This document shows, piece after piece, positions 49,701 through 62,240 of a stretch of 64,000 bases of DNA; positions within the stretch are counted from its first letter, which is position 1, and every line of letters begins with the position of its first letter. The notes under the pieces were generated by a model. The model did not search any database. It saw only the letters and a list, made by a program, of their open reading frames with translations, and had not been told where the DNA came from. Position numbers and translations under genes: made by a program. Source of the DNA: Vicugna vicugna (taxonomy: Eukaryota); assembly GCA_013265495.1 (NCBI GenBank), contig MU058636.1, forward strand, positions 1,736,001 to 1,800,000, in the 5' to 3' direction.

Positions 49701-51164
49701 AGAGCTAGCTAAGATAACACCTTCTCGTCTAGACTACAAGTCTGATCTCCTCTTAGTGCCTCTTGCTGACTAACCCCAACTGCCAGCGGGAGGGTAAAGG
49801 AGATGTCAGTGCCAGACTGGAAGGCAGACTCTCAGAGCCCAGAGCAGGAGGGAGAAGGGCGAAGAGTGGGCTCGGACAGACCTGCAGAGAAGGCCCAGCA
49901 CAACCACCATTTTTTGGAGGAAAAATCAAAATGTTTAAAATATGCAAAGACTCAGAGTATTTACCTACCCCAACCATCATTAACAGAGTGTCGTCTGAAG
50001 AAGGAAAAGTTACCTCAGAGGGGAGAATGGAGATACAGCAAAGTGAGATTGGAAGTGAACAGAATATGTTGAGATAGTCGATTAAACATTTGTTAACCAC
50101 CAAGAGACCTAATTCTGGGGTTTTAAACAGATGATATAAGTCCTTAGATGAAACAATGGGTGTTTCAATGAGTAACTGAGTGCAATATTGTCCCTTCTTG
50201 TTCCAAGGAAGACAGCAGTCTTAGATAACTCTAGACCCTGTTGGAATTTATGCTCATAATGGATATTTCAAAAATTTTAAGGGAACTACTCAAAGACCAG
50301 CAATTTAACCTATAGTTTCCAAATAGAAATTTTTATCAATTTTAAAGAAAGCAAGAAGAAAGGAGAAGGAAAAGAAATAAGGCCAAAAAAGACAGTAAAG
50401 GTAAAGCACCTATTTTTGCCATAGAAGCTATTGTAAGGAACAAATCACTGGATTCCTCAAAATGCAAACGTTTCAGTGGGCTGAAGGCATATCACACACA
50501 GCCTGCTTTGTGCTCAGATGCTTTGAAAAGAGTGAGACAGCTTTGCTTTCTCATGGAAATTGATAATTAACCAGCTCTGTGGAGAATATTGATGTGTGTC
50601 GGGGTTGGGGGGCTAAAAGTCAATGCCTGCAGAAACTGTTCCCTGCCTCCCTCTCCTCCTTCCCCACTGCCTTCCAACCTACTGTAAACCCTGGCCTGCA
50701 AACCCAACCCATTCCTTCATTTGTTCTTCCTTCCTTTCAGGCCTCTGAGCCCAGCATTTGTTCTGCTTTGGTAAAAAAAAAAAAATGTGTAAGGAAAGGA
50801 GCAATCAGTAAGTGAATCTCTTTTGCCAGAAACTTCCAAATCAATAAAACAATCAATAGCAGTGGCTAAGCCTAATTCGTCTTCAGATGCAGGACCCAGC
50901 ACAGCAGTGACCGACACACACAAGTTATGAATGTGAGAAGGAAGGAGGGAGGGAGCGCGGGAGAATCAGCCGTTATTGTGCACTTGTTACGAGCTGAGCA
51001 CTGAGGAAACGGGATCGCAGAGGCATGGCGTTTACAGGCACGGGTCGGTATCTGATGGTGCTGAAGGGCCTCGGCTCCATCCGCAGGGATGTGAGAGTCC
51101 TTGGACCAGATAGAAGCACAGAGCAGCTGTAAGCCAAGCACAGTGGGCTGATAACTGTCTCATC

Positions 51165-51530
51165 CTGCATCTTAGCCATTCAGGTTTCTACAACACAGCA
51201 CCACGGACTGGGTGGCTTATAAATAACAGAAATCTACCTCTCATGGTCCTAGAGGCTGGAAAGTTCAAGATTGAGGCACTAGCAGATCGATGTCTGATGA
51301 GAGCCCACTTCCTGGTTCCCAGAGAGCCTTCTTCTCACTGTGTCCCCAATGGCAGAGGGGCAAGGGAGCTCTCCGGGGTCTCTTTGATAAGGACACTGAT
51401 CCCACTCATGGGGGCTCCATCCTTATAACCTAAGCACATTCCAAAGGCCCCACCTCCAAATACCCTCACACTGAGGGGGTTGGGATTTCAACATAGAAAT
51501 TTGGGGAGGATTCAAAATTCAGTCTAGAGT
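51165..51530 (-). mobile_element. MLT1A0/MST-like MaLR LTR
   Basis: 'gactgggtggcttataaataacagaaat...gaggctggaaagttcaagat...tctttgataaggacactgatccc...aaaggccccacctccaaatacc...atttcaacatagaaatttgggg'. Confidence 0.9.
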
Positions 51531-52594
51531 ACCCCGTGCTGGTCCTTCCTCTTCCCACTAGGGCAGAGCAAATGAGGTTGACCGTGTGGTTAAAGTCACG
51601 TGACTGAACAGTTTGTGTTGGCTGAATTCCAGAACTGCTCCTTCCTCTTCCTTCCCTGCAGGGTGGGAAGGTTCCAGTGGACCTTGCTTGTGCATGTCCT
51701 GGGGCATCCCTGCCGAGTCTTAGGGACCCGCACCTGAGTCAGGTGCATGTCCTTCTAGAACCCAAGCTGACGGTGTGCCCATTGTGCTAAGCGTGCAGGC
51801 AGAATGGTGCAAATTATTATAAAATGAGCAGGACAGGAGGGTCCTAAGGCAAAGAATAGTTGATAAGAACTGAGTTCAAATTGAATCAAAGGACCTAAAA
51901 AGCTTGGCAATTTCAAAACCACAAAATAAGCTTGAGGATAAAGAACTTAAAAAAATCTGCTGTGTAATAGTGAATGTCTGACATGTACCTTCAGAACACC
52001 AAAGGGTACTTTCTTGAAATAGCTCTATGACCTTAGGAAACGCATTAAAGCTTTCTGGATAGCATTTTTTTCAGTACTTCCAGGTCTATAAACTAAGATT
52101 CTTTAAAGGTCTCTTTCGAGTATAAGCAAACGGACTCCCAGAAATGTCTCCCAGGTACACGCAAGCACGCGCCTGCCTTTAGACAGAGATGAGTCACTTT
52201 CCTATGAAAATGACTAACTCCTGGGCAGCCCGCTGGTGCAGCCATCACCAGGGCTTACCCGTCCTCCTTGAAGCGAACTGGAATTTCCCAGGCTACAGGT
52301 TCAAAAATATCTACCTGTGGTCCCAAACTCACCTGGCCACCAGGTATGCTCACCTCTGCACTGGGGGGTGTGTGTTTGTTTTTTCTCATCTGTGGGGCTG
52401 CAGAGTGAGGTAGGGAAGAGTTATAAGTCATCTGATTTTGAGGAAAAAAATTGCTCAAAAGCAAACCCCCAAAATGGGAAGCGTTTGGAAAGGGTATCAG
52501 TGTGCCTCCAAAAATGCTTTCTCTTTTAATCTCACAACAGCCCCACGAGGTAGTGTTATTATTATTGGCAATTCATGGGGAGGAAAAGTGAGAT

Positions 52595-52815
52595 CTGTCT
52601 CCTTTCCTTTTCTGAGGCTGCCATCACAGGTTACCACAGACTGGGTGGCTTAGAACAACAGAAATGTATCCTCTGACAGACTGGGAGTGTCAGCAAGGTG
52701 TCAGCAAGGTGTCAGCAGGGTCGCTTCCCTCTGGAGGCTCTTGAGGGAGGAATGGTTATACGCCTCTTTTCCCTCCTGGTGGCAGGCAGTCCATGGCTTG
52801 CAGACACACCCCTGC
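52595..52815 (-). mobile_element. MLT1B/C-like LTR fragment
   Basis: 'ggctgccatcacaggttaccacagactgggtggcttagaacaacagaaatgtatcctctgacag...aaggtgtcagcaggg'. Confidence 0.8.
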
Positions 52816-55529
52816 TGGAAAAAAAATCTGTGGTAACCAGCCAATTTTACCTAAAGTCAGAAACATAGCTTCAGCCCATATGTTCTCATTTTAGCAAATC
52901 TTCCACCTTAGCAACACCTCTATGGGCAGCATCCTTAATTAACTCTTCATGAAGGTCACCAGATCCTCGAGCTTCAAATATATCCTTCAGGTGTTGGGAG
53001 AGTCCTTCAGCAGATGGATGGCTCATGGCTGACCTTGCAGGTGCCACACTGGAAACTCCTACTGAATTCTATGTCCAAGATGTCCCACAAACGTCCACCT
53101 CTAAATCACTGTCTGTCTCTTTAGATCACAGTCACTAAGTAGCAGGGACAAGTCTGAAATGCGGATCTCCAGGCCCTGAGTGCAAAGCACCATTTCAGCT
53201 TTTCAGTTTTCTTAGGTTTTCCAAGTTCAATTCCAGGGACATATCATGTGTGCTGGTCTTCTCTGGACCATCTTAACCACCCATCCTGGGCGCTACAAAA
53301 CAATCAAGTAAGAAATCTGTTCATCATCCAGGCCTTAAGGATACATCCTAGGCTCAGAGAATGCTAAGGGCACCTGCCATGCGGACAAAGTCCTGAGCAG
53401 AAGACGAGGAGGACAACTTATTGTGACAAGGGGAGGTTATTCTTCTCAGATGAGAGGAGAGTGGAAACAGGGAAGAGCTCTTCTGTGGATATCAACATTC
53501 CATCTGGGAACACCACCTGAGAAACCTAGCAAGGAAGGAGAAAAAAAATAGTGGTTCTCCTCAGGCCTTTTTCCTACAAGAACCATAACTGCATAGATCA
53601 CAGGTGTCTATTCCTTGGTTTTGGATCTAATAATATTTTCTGCTTCATCCCAACATCCTTTCTATGCCACCTGCCATCTTGTTGGCCTTCAAAGGGCAAA
53701 GGGAAGTTTGCCAGGATTGAGCATGGAAGAGTGTGGATCCAGGTGGTAGGTGGGAGCTCTGGGAGGGCAGGATGCCCCAGGAAATGCTGAGAATGGACAC
53801 TTGATGGAGAATTGGGTGCTCGGTGAGGGGGGAGAATTGGTGAGAAAGGCAGCTTGAAGACAGGGTTGGGACCACATCAAAGGACTTGCTGGATTTGGCT
53901 AAGGAGTTGACTTTAATCTATAGGCAGTGGAGAAAATAGACTTTCAGACTGAGAAAATTATAAAACTCATAGTGTAAGAAAAATGACTCTATTGGTGATG
54001 TACACATGCTGGGGTGTAAAGAAGGCAGCAGGGAGCCTGGGTGGACACCTGTCCCAAAGCCTGATGAGACCCAATCTCCCTAAGGCCGTGCCAAGGGCAT
54101 TGAGGAAAGACCAACTCAAGAGCTGTTTAAGAGGAAGGAAGGACAGAAATTGAGAACCTAGTGGATAGATAAAGGTATAAAGCAAACGCCAAGGACATCG
54201 GAGGAATCACGGTAGTTGCGCTGAGGTTAGGGGAGTGAACTCCTCTACTGAGAACCCTTAAGTAATTTTCCTGAGTTACGACGGACAGCCGAGAGCCCGC
54301 TGCCGTGGCACGCTTCTCCTCGCGGGAGCACCTGGACTATCTTCCCACGGACTTTCCTTTACTGACCTTGCTGATTCCTCTTTCTCTTCTCTGCCCCCTA
54401 TGTGGGGAAATCCTCAAGAATGTAGCCATGACTCTTTCCTTTTTAACTCGATCTTCCAGTCAGCCAGTCAACACCTGGGTCTCCAGCCACCCACCTGCCC
54501 AGCCCTGTCCCCTCACTCAGTTCTTCGTCTCCAAATGCCTGTAAATCCCTTAAATTTACATTGCCCACCTTCACCCCACACTCAGCATATCTTTCCCTGA
54601 AAATTGGCCCCCTCCCTCAACACTCCCTTTTCTGTCCATAGTAAAATGATTTTTTCAGTGTCCCAAACTAGCAGCCTCGAAGCCACCTTAGAAAGAAAAG
54701 AGCAAAGGTCTTGAAGTCAGACAGATTCTGGGTGAATATGTGTGACTCAACCAGCTGCTACTCATACAACCCTGGGCAAGCTAATCCAACTTTCTGAACC
54801 TCTGCTTCTTCAAGTAAAAAGGGGGTAAATAATATTTAACTCTGAGGGATGTCACAGATGTAAACAAGGTCCCCTGGGCTCGGCCCAGCACTCACGAATC
54901 TCCCACACCTTTCCCTTTACTTTCTGCTCAACAGGTCATCAAGTCCCATAGTCTCTTCCTGTTACACTCTGGATTTTTCTCTTTTTCTTCACTTTCATTA
55001 TGATTCTAGACCGCATGTTCTCCTGTCTCAACTCCTAACAGCTTCTGAACTGGTCTAACTACTTTAATCTCCCATGTTCCAGTCCATACTCCACTTTGTC
55101 GCATTTCTGTCCCTAAAACACTGCTTTCATCCCGTTAGACATACGTGGTGCAGTTTGGGCCCTACCATATGTGTAAGACACACGTGGACACGTATGTGCA
55201 GGTGCTTCCTCGCTCACTTGTTTTCTTGTAACTTCTGTGAAACAGACCTTTCTGACTCTCTCAGTATATCTTCCGACGGAGGTGAGCTCAGGGGTCAGCC
55301 AACAGTGAGAGTCAGTCACCGCCATCAGCCCAGTGATTAACAAGCCTGTTCTGAGAACATTGCTTAATTTACAGCCATTTATTTTCTGGAAGACACAAAG
55401 TTCATGAATTCATGGAACTCCAGAAAACAGCAGTAGTAATGGAAAAGGAAAGGTCAGAATGATTTTAGAGGAATGTCTCCAGCCAGGTGGAACCCATGAT
55501 GGAAACAATGTCCCATAACTGTGACTGTA

Positions 55530-55950
55530 ATGACAAAACATGGAGAAATTAACGCAATGGCCATGCACGAAAGCTATAAAGCCCTGGGAGGTGGCTGCCA
55601 GGGGCTGGGTTGTTTTAAGGCTATGGAGTCGCAGTTTTGCAAGATGCAAAGAGACGGATTACACAGCCATGTGAATATACTTAACACTACCAGCTGGTAC
55701 ACTTAGAAAAGGCTAAGATGGTAAATCTCACTAGTTTTTAAACTTTAATCTATTTTACTTTTATTTTTATTTGGGAGGAGGTAATTAGGTTTATTTATTC
55801 ACTTATTAGTTTATTTATTTATTTAGATGGAGGTACTGAGGATTGAACCCAGGATCTCGTGCACACACTACCACTGAGCTATAACCTCCCCACTAAGATA
55901 GTAAATTTTATGTTATGTGCTTTTTAACACAAAATTTTAAGTTCCAAACA
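55530..55950 (+). mobile_element. L1MB-like 3'-UTR fragment hosting a SINE
   Basis: 'gtggctgccaggggctgg...cagttttgcaagatg...atgtgaatatacttaacactac...tacacttagaaaaggctaagatggtaaat...ttatgttatgtg'. Confidence 0.75.
55732..55892 (-). mobile_element. vic-1-type SINE with an internal deletion
   Basis: Antisense 'ggaggaggtaattaggttt...ggaggtactgaggattgaacccagg...taccactgagctataacctcccc'; direct repeat CTAAGATRGTAAATYT at 55713-55728 and 55893-55908. Confidence 0.9.
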
Positions 55951-56099
55951 AAACAAAACAAAACAAAACACCTCTGAGGAAAAGCCTTAAGGAGATGAGG
56001 GTGTGCATCTTAGCTGGGGAATTAATGAAGCAGGAGGGAAAGCGCCCCTAGGCTGGGGGAGTGTGCCCCTGCCACGGGTTCTCATCACAGCCTACACTT

Positions 56100-56285
56100 G
56101 CCTCTAGCACAGAGATCATGCCACTGCATTTAAACTTCGTCTCTGGTCGCCAGATTCCCCTACTAGACTAGAGGTTTCTTTAAAGCAGAAACTCGTTCTT
56201 TACCCTGGCATCCCCTATGCGTAGCACTGTGTGGGGCACAGAACAGGTGTTTGATAAATATTTGTTGAATATGAATGAATGAAGA
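56100..56285 (+). mobile_element. L2 3' terminus
   Basis: 'tagcactgtgtggggcacagaacaggtgtttgataaatatttgttgaatatgaatgaatga'. Confidence 0.82.
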
Positions 56286-56339
56286 GCCAGGCACTTTGTA
56301 CGTGTGTTCGCTTTGGAATGCTCCTCACATATTCATTGT

Positions 56340-56525
56340 TAACTCATGGGCTACAACTCTCTGTGGGAGGTATTATCCTCATTCCCATTTTACAGAAGAG
56401 GAAACAGAAGCACGGAGAGGTTAAGGAGCTCACCCAAGGTCACACAACTAAGTAGTGATGCCAGGATTCAAACCAGGACAGTCCAGCTCCAGAGTCCAGG
56501 CTCTTAACCACCCGTCAAGCTGCCA
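56340..56525 (-). mobile_element. MIR SINE
   Basis: 'cccattttacagaagaggaaacagaagcacggagaggttaaggagctcacccaaggtcacacaactaagtagtgatgccaggattcaaacc'. Confidence 0.92.
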
Positions 56526-57976
56526 TTGGGTAGAGGAGAAATCTGAACACCGGTCAGCTGAAAGTCCAAAGTCAAACTGCTCGTTGGTGATGGGGCCAGA
56601 CCATACCCCACCTGCTTTCAGGAAATGCCTGAAAACTGGGCCACAGGGGAAAGCCAGAGCGTCTCTCTATGAGTAGCGTGCTCACCAGGCCCAGTAAGAG
56701 CTGGAAGAACCGCACTGTCGGGGCACCTGGAGTTCTTTGCTGCGTGTGTGTTGATGAGTTTGCTTTCTTCCCACCACTGGAATCTAAGGCCTCTAGGGTA
56801 GGATCATTTCTTATTCTGCTCGACCCCCAACACCTGCCACAGTGCCCGGCACAGACTAGACATTCAGACAGGAGTCTAACTGAAGGGACAAAGGGGAGAA
56901 CAATCTTCAGCCAAACCACCACTGACAGCAAGAGAACGAGGTCACAGCCCAATGTATCTGTAAGCCTACAAACGCCTAATAAATCTCAGAATTATAGTTT
57001 CACCCCTTCCCAACTCACCATTTGCCCTCATGGTGTTTATCATCCTCGTGGAGCATGTGACTACGGTCAGAAAGTCAAGCAGTCACCATCCAGCGTGTAA
57101 GTGCTCTGGACCCAGTATGAGCGTTTAGTCAAATAAACAGTGACCATCGTGAATATTTACAAGGAAGCAGCTTTTGCAGAGTCCCAGCCAGCGCACAGCA
57201 CTGCCACCCCAACTCCCCGGGGAGATAAAAAGCACTAGTCGGGCATGGGCCCGGTCCAGGGGAAGCACGCCAGGTGAAGGGTGGCAGCGGATGGGCTGCG
57301 AGGCAGGGAGTCATGAATGTCCTGAAATCTCATGCAGAATTAGTGTGCTGACACACTTGTGCATTTTTCTGGAGAAATGATCCATAGCATTTATCGCATC
57401 ATCAAAGAGCTACTTGACTAAAACAACAACATCAGGACTAGGGCTTCAGTATCTTTGCTTACTGATTGCAGTGCCGTGTTTTCCTTCCAGGCACCAAATG
57501 AGAAGGAACTCTAATGACTGCTTGGTATAAACTGAAGAAGTGCCTCAGGGCCCCTTGTGGACAGGGTGGATGAGAGGAAGGAGAGGGAATTTGTGAAACC
57601 CTCAGTAACTCGACAGATGTGAAGGTTGTGTACCAAATGTGGTGCTAAGGTGCTAATTGCTTCTATTCCCCTAATTAATGATTTTCTTAAAAGTTTAACA
57701 AAATTGAGTTTTTTCAAATACATTTTTGAGAAAAGGGAGCTTGAATTAGATGAAGAATGAGGAGCTGGTCAGGCCATGTGCCTATCTACTTCTTTTCTGG
57801 ACCATTCCACCACCCTTTACCCAACATACTGAAAAAAAAAATCATGGAAACACCACTTAACTCTGTTAAATTCTTTTTTCAGCTGATCTGTACATAAACC
57901 ATCTCCAGTTCTTTTCTCTCTTCATATCAAGCATCATCAGAACCAAAGTCCTAGAATATTATAAAGAGTAGATGGA

Positions 57977-58021
57977 CTCACTTTGTAATTGACTATACCT
58001 CAACAACAATTAAAAAAAAAA
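57977..58021 (+). mobile_element. Extremely truncated (~45 bp) L1 insertion with a 14-bp target-site duplication
   Basis: 'cactttgtaattgactatacctcaa' plus an A tail, flanked by AAAGAGTAGATGGA (57963-57976) and AAAGAGTAGACGGA (58022-58035). Confidence 0.85.
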
Positions 58022-60486
58022 AAAGAGTAGACGGAAAAGATCTTCTCTTTCAAAACGGCCCTGGGGCTTGAAGGGGAGAGATTCGTAAGGAAACCAGCAG
58101 GAGGAAGGGGAACGTTTGAGTGTTTCCCGGGAAGTACTCTTTCTTACTGAATTTCTCCAGTTATTGTATTTAAGTTTGGCTACTGGTCATACAAATACAA
58201 CAAGGTAAATAGTGTCACTCCACTCTCTTGAGAAAACTCCAAATCCTGTGTAATTTCAGGCCAGGAGACAGATAACACCAGGTTAGGGGCTAGAGACTTT
58301 GTTTGCCTTTTGTTATCACTTGTCACAATTTGCTGGGAAGGTAAGAAAACACTGCTGTTTATCTGGATTCGTGGCAATCTCTAACTCCAACTTCTAGAAA
58401 CGTCAAGGTTTGACTGTGACCACAATGACAGAGTCTAATAAATTGCTTTGTAAATGAAGCAGACAACGCTGACTGATTACATTGTACAATATAGCATTAG
58501 TAGAAAAGAGAAAAGATTTCCTTTCTCCTAAATTGAATTTTAGGTCCATGTGTGTGTGCCTCTTTCCCAAGAAAACCAAGAGAAATTAGGCCAGTTTCCA
58601 TATAGGCTGCTTATTCAATCTGGGATGCATAGATTATGTATAAATATATATATTTTTGGATATATGGAATACAAAATATCACATGTAGCCACTTGCTTCG
58701 GACTTCAAGAACACCCTAGACAAGGTGTTAGAATGACAATGAAATATGAACCGACTGGGTCTGTCCTGAAAGCTCAGCACACAAGTGACAACTCAGGTGT
58801 GAGCTATCGCAGTAAAGACGGACTAACTTGACCATTTAAGCCCTCAGCTTTGACTTTCCCTGATTCTCCCTTCGGTTATCTGAATGAATCCATTCAGGAG
58901 AACCTCTGTGGTGTGTGCATCTAGTTATCTGCTGTTACAAGTGCCTGCGCTGTAGGAGAGACGGCTCTGTTCAAACCAAGATGTACTTCATGACTCTTGA
59001 GCTGAGTCATAAATATTTACACACAAAGAAATAAACAAGAAAGCCCCAAATCAAACCAGGCCAACTCCCTGCTGTTTTTCAGATAGATAGTTCAGTAAAG
59101 AGAGCATTTCCGGACTCTGAAGGCTTGGGTGTGAATGAGGAAAGCTCTCAGAAGAGCACATATGGGGCAAATGCTGTTGTAGGAACAAAAATCAGGCTGG
59201 CCAGATGATCCAGCCATTTAAATGAGAATCTTGCATTTATGGTTTTCAAAATTCAAAAACTGTACACCTATTGAAAGAAAAAGAAGAAATAATATGTATT
59301 AGATTTAAAGACCCAAATTCCTTCCCATGTTTTAAAGTACTGTGCTTCAAGTGATTAGAATTTGGTATGTTCCTACCACAGGCACTTTCTCTAGAAGCCT
59401 AATCCAGCTAGAAACATTTTGTGAAAAATAATTTACTATTCAGAAAGTTTTCCAGTTTCCAAGATAAGGAAGCCTGTTCTGCCATCGCGGCAGGCAGGAG
59501 TTGTTTAAGTTACTAGATAACAAAGCTGTTATTGATTCTATTATTTTTACTCTTCCTGATTCCCTGCAGTCCAAAGGGAGTTTGTCAGACCAAGAATGGT
59601 TTTATAAAAAGGAGTAGTTGTTATTGTTGTAACTGGCCTCGTTGTGACAGATGGGGTCCCAGTGTTTTCTCACTGCTCTTTACTCAGGAGCTAGGAGAAC
59701 AGAAAGCAAACAACCGAGAAACCAGCACACTCCTAGTAATCTGGATTTCTCTGCGCTGAGCCAGACCACTTGGAAATCAAACACTGGCCTCCTCCTGATG
59801 CCCCTTTTAGCCTGTTACTATTGACCAGCTTAACATTCCCTTATCACATGCTCATGTGGGCAGAATTAAATGGAATTAGCTGCAAATTATATAAAATTCA
59901 TTTACCTTTAAAGGAAGCTATTTGGTCATGTTCAGTGTAGGGAGCGTACGGCATTAAGACACAACTTAATGGTACTGCCTGGAGATGGATCAGTTTGCTT
60001 TGGTTTTATTGTCTCCCTTTATTTGCCCTTATGTGTTAGCTACTGTGGCTGGAAATGCTCAGTTCAACCTCGTGGAGCCCACGCTGGGGCCACATTAACA
60101 CCCCAGGGAGAGTCCCAGTGTTTCCAAAGGGTTCTGTGGGAGTAAGTGAAATAATACAGTAAGACCATGCTCATCCTTTCTAAATCCTTAGTCACATAGG
60201 AGAATGATTGTATAAGAGAGAAGAGAAAAATCCATAAAAATGTTCAGGATTTATAACCTATTATGGAAATGCTTAGGATTTATCTGTGTTTTGTCCACAT
60301 AAAGATTCAAGTAACAGGCTTTCTGCACTGACTTGGGCATTTTTCCATACATTTCCTCTCTTTAACCTCACAACCATCTTATGACGTGGAGGTATGTTTA
60401 TTTGCATGTCTATACTTCCTGCTTGTTCCTTAAGAGCATCTATGAGCCTCCGTATATCAAAATAATTATAGTTTTAAGTGTTTGTT

Positions 60487-60674
60487 GTTGTTCTCAATTC
60501 ACAGTCTGCATAAGAATGACCTTGGGTGTGTTTAAAATGTAGGTTCCCAAGTCCTGTCCCCACCCGCCGTGTGACTATTCAGTAGGTCTGGGATTGGGCT
60601 TGGAAATCACATGTTATGAGCATCCCAGTGATTTTGATACATATGGTTCATGACTCGCACTTTCACAAACACTA
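60487..60674. mobile_element. MER5-like hAT-Charlie element
   Basis: 'gttctcaa...gcataagaatgacctt...ttcagtaggtctggg...catcccagtgattttgat...cactttcacaaacact'. Confidence 0.75.
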
Positions 60675-61839
60675 GGAACCCACGTGATTTCATTGATTGG
60701 TAGGAGTCTGGGCCTTTGTGGGATTTGCCTAAAGGTAATGTGTTGCAATATGTAACTGGAGAAATACACAAAATAAATGTATTCAAATACAGCTTATCTC
60801 TGCACAAGGATACACTGATAAGCGATATCTACCTTAGGAAGAATTACCAAGAGGAAAATACAATGGGGTTGAGACCACAGTCAAACAATGAGCCTTTACT
60901 TGAACCACAGCAAGAGAAGGTACAAATCGACTGCAGGCGATCTAAAGTGAGGTGGAGCCCTTCTGAGTTTGGAGCTGACTCTCCCACTTCAATCCCCATA
61001 GATTTCTAGCGGTAACACTTTTGTGTGGGTCTCAGGTTTGGGGGACTCGCAGGGGAAACAGTTTGACAAGGGTGTTTCTGCATGCTCACAAAGAAGGCCA
61101 GGGTTGCACATGACCACCACCATGACCTGGAGAAGGCAGGAGTGGAGCAGGGTTCCAGCCCTGCTCGGACCCAGACACTAGACTCACTCCTTCTCTCCTG
61201 AGCCTTTGAGGGTTTCCTCTGGGTTTACGATAACAGCTTCCTCTCCAACCTGGAAATGGGGTGGGGGGGGGCACGGGAAGTGCCGTGCGCAGGGCCTCTT
61301 AGATGCCAGACACTCTCAGATGCTGCTGTCCTCATCTGTGGGGAGTTCATCCCAGTAGGGGTGTGATCAGCTCACCCCTTCAAGTCATTCTTTCAGGCTT
61401 TGCTGGATGTAGAGAAGCAGCCCCTGCCTCTCCCCCGCCACTGTTTCTCTCTCCATGGTGTGCTGATGCTGGCTGGGGTGGGTGCCACCCCGCTCTCCCT
61501 CCTCCCCTAGCCCTTTAAGCAAAGCTCCACTTGGGGGCATATTCCCCTAAAGCACAGGATATACACACCTCGAGCTTCCTCTCAGTGTTCCTGAGCATAC
61601 CTTTCCAGGCCTACCTGTCTGGGGAGGTCGTTAGACCTGGGCTTGTGGAAACAGCTCTGCAATGCTTTGGGATGCTGTAATGACCAACCATCAAATGCTT
61701 GCAGGTGCATTTAAAGTAATGCCAGTGGAGAAAGGAAGAGATGACCATCTACTGAGTGCCTACATAGTGCCAGGAACATTAGACATGCTGAAATCTCACA
61801 AAAATAAATTTAAAATATTCTTTGCTGCCACACAGCAAG

Positions 61840-62075
61840 ACAGTATAATGTCGTGGGCAAGAGAATGAGCTCTAAAGCCAGACCTCCTCAGCCCGGACCT
61901 AGGTGCTGCCACTTACTGGCTGTGTGATTCCAGGCAAGTTAAGCAACACCTCTATGCCTCAGTTTCCTGTACAGCAAAATGGGAATGACAGTATCCACCA
62001 CGTGGGATCTCAGTGAGGACTGACATCTGTAAAGTACTCGAAACAGTGCCTGGCTCCACGTGTCTGCCGTTATTA
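61840..62075 (+). mobile_element. MIR SINE
   Basis: 'gctgccacttactggctgtgtgattccaggcaagttaagcaacacctctatgcctcagtttcctg'. Confidence 0.88.
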
Positions 62076-62089
62076 TCACTCCACGCCTC

Positions 62090-62240
62090 GGGTATACCTT
62101 ATGGAGGAGTATTACTGTTTTCATTTTACAGTAAGGACAGAGGTCTTGTGGAGCTACATGACTTGCCAGGGGACACAGCTTGTACAGGGCAGATTTGGAA
62201 GACAGGTATAAGCAGCTCCTAAGACCTCTGTCATACACCA
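62090..62240 (-). mobile_element. MIR SINE fragment
   Basis: 'ttcattttacagtaaggacagagg...tgacttgccaggggacacagcttgta'. Confidence 0.7.

Noticed and set aside
61840..62240. Tail-to-tail MIR pair as a possible hairpin RNA
   Set aside because: The arms are too diverged for a convincing stem, and adjacent inverted MIRs are common.
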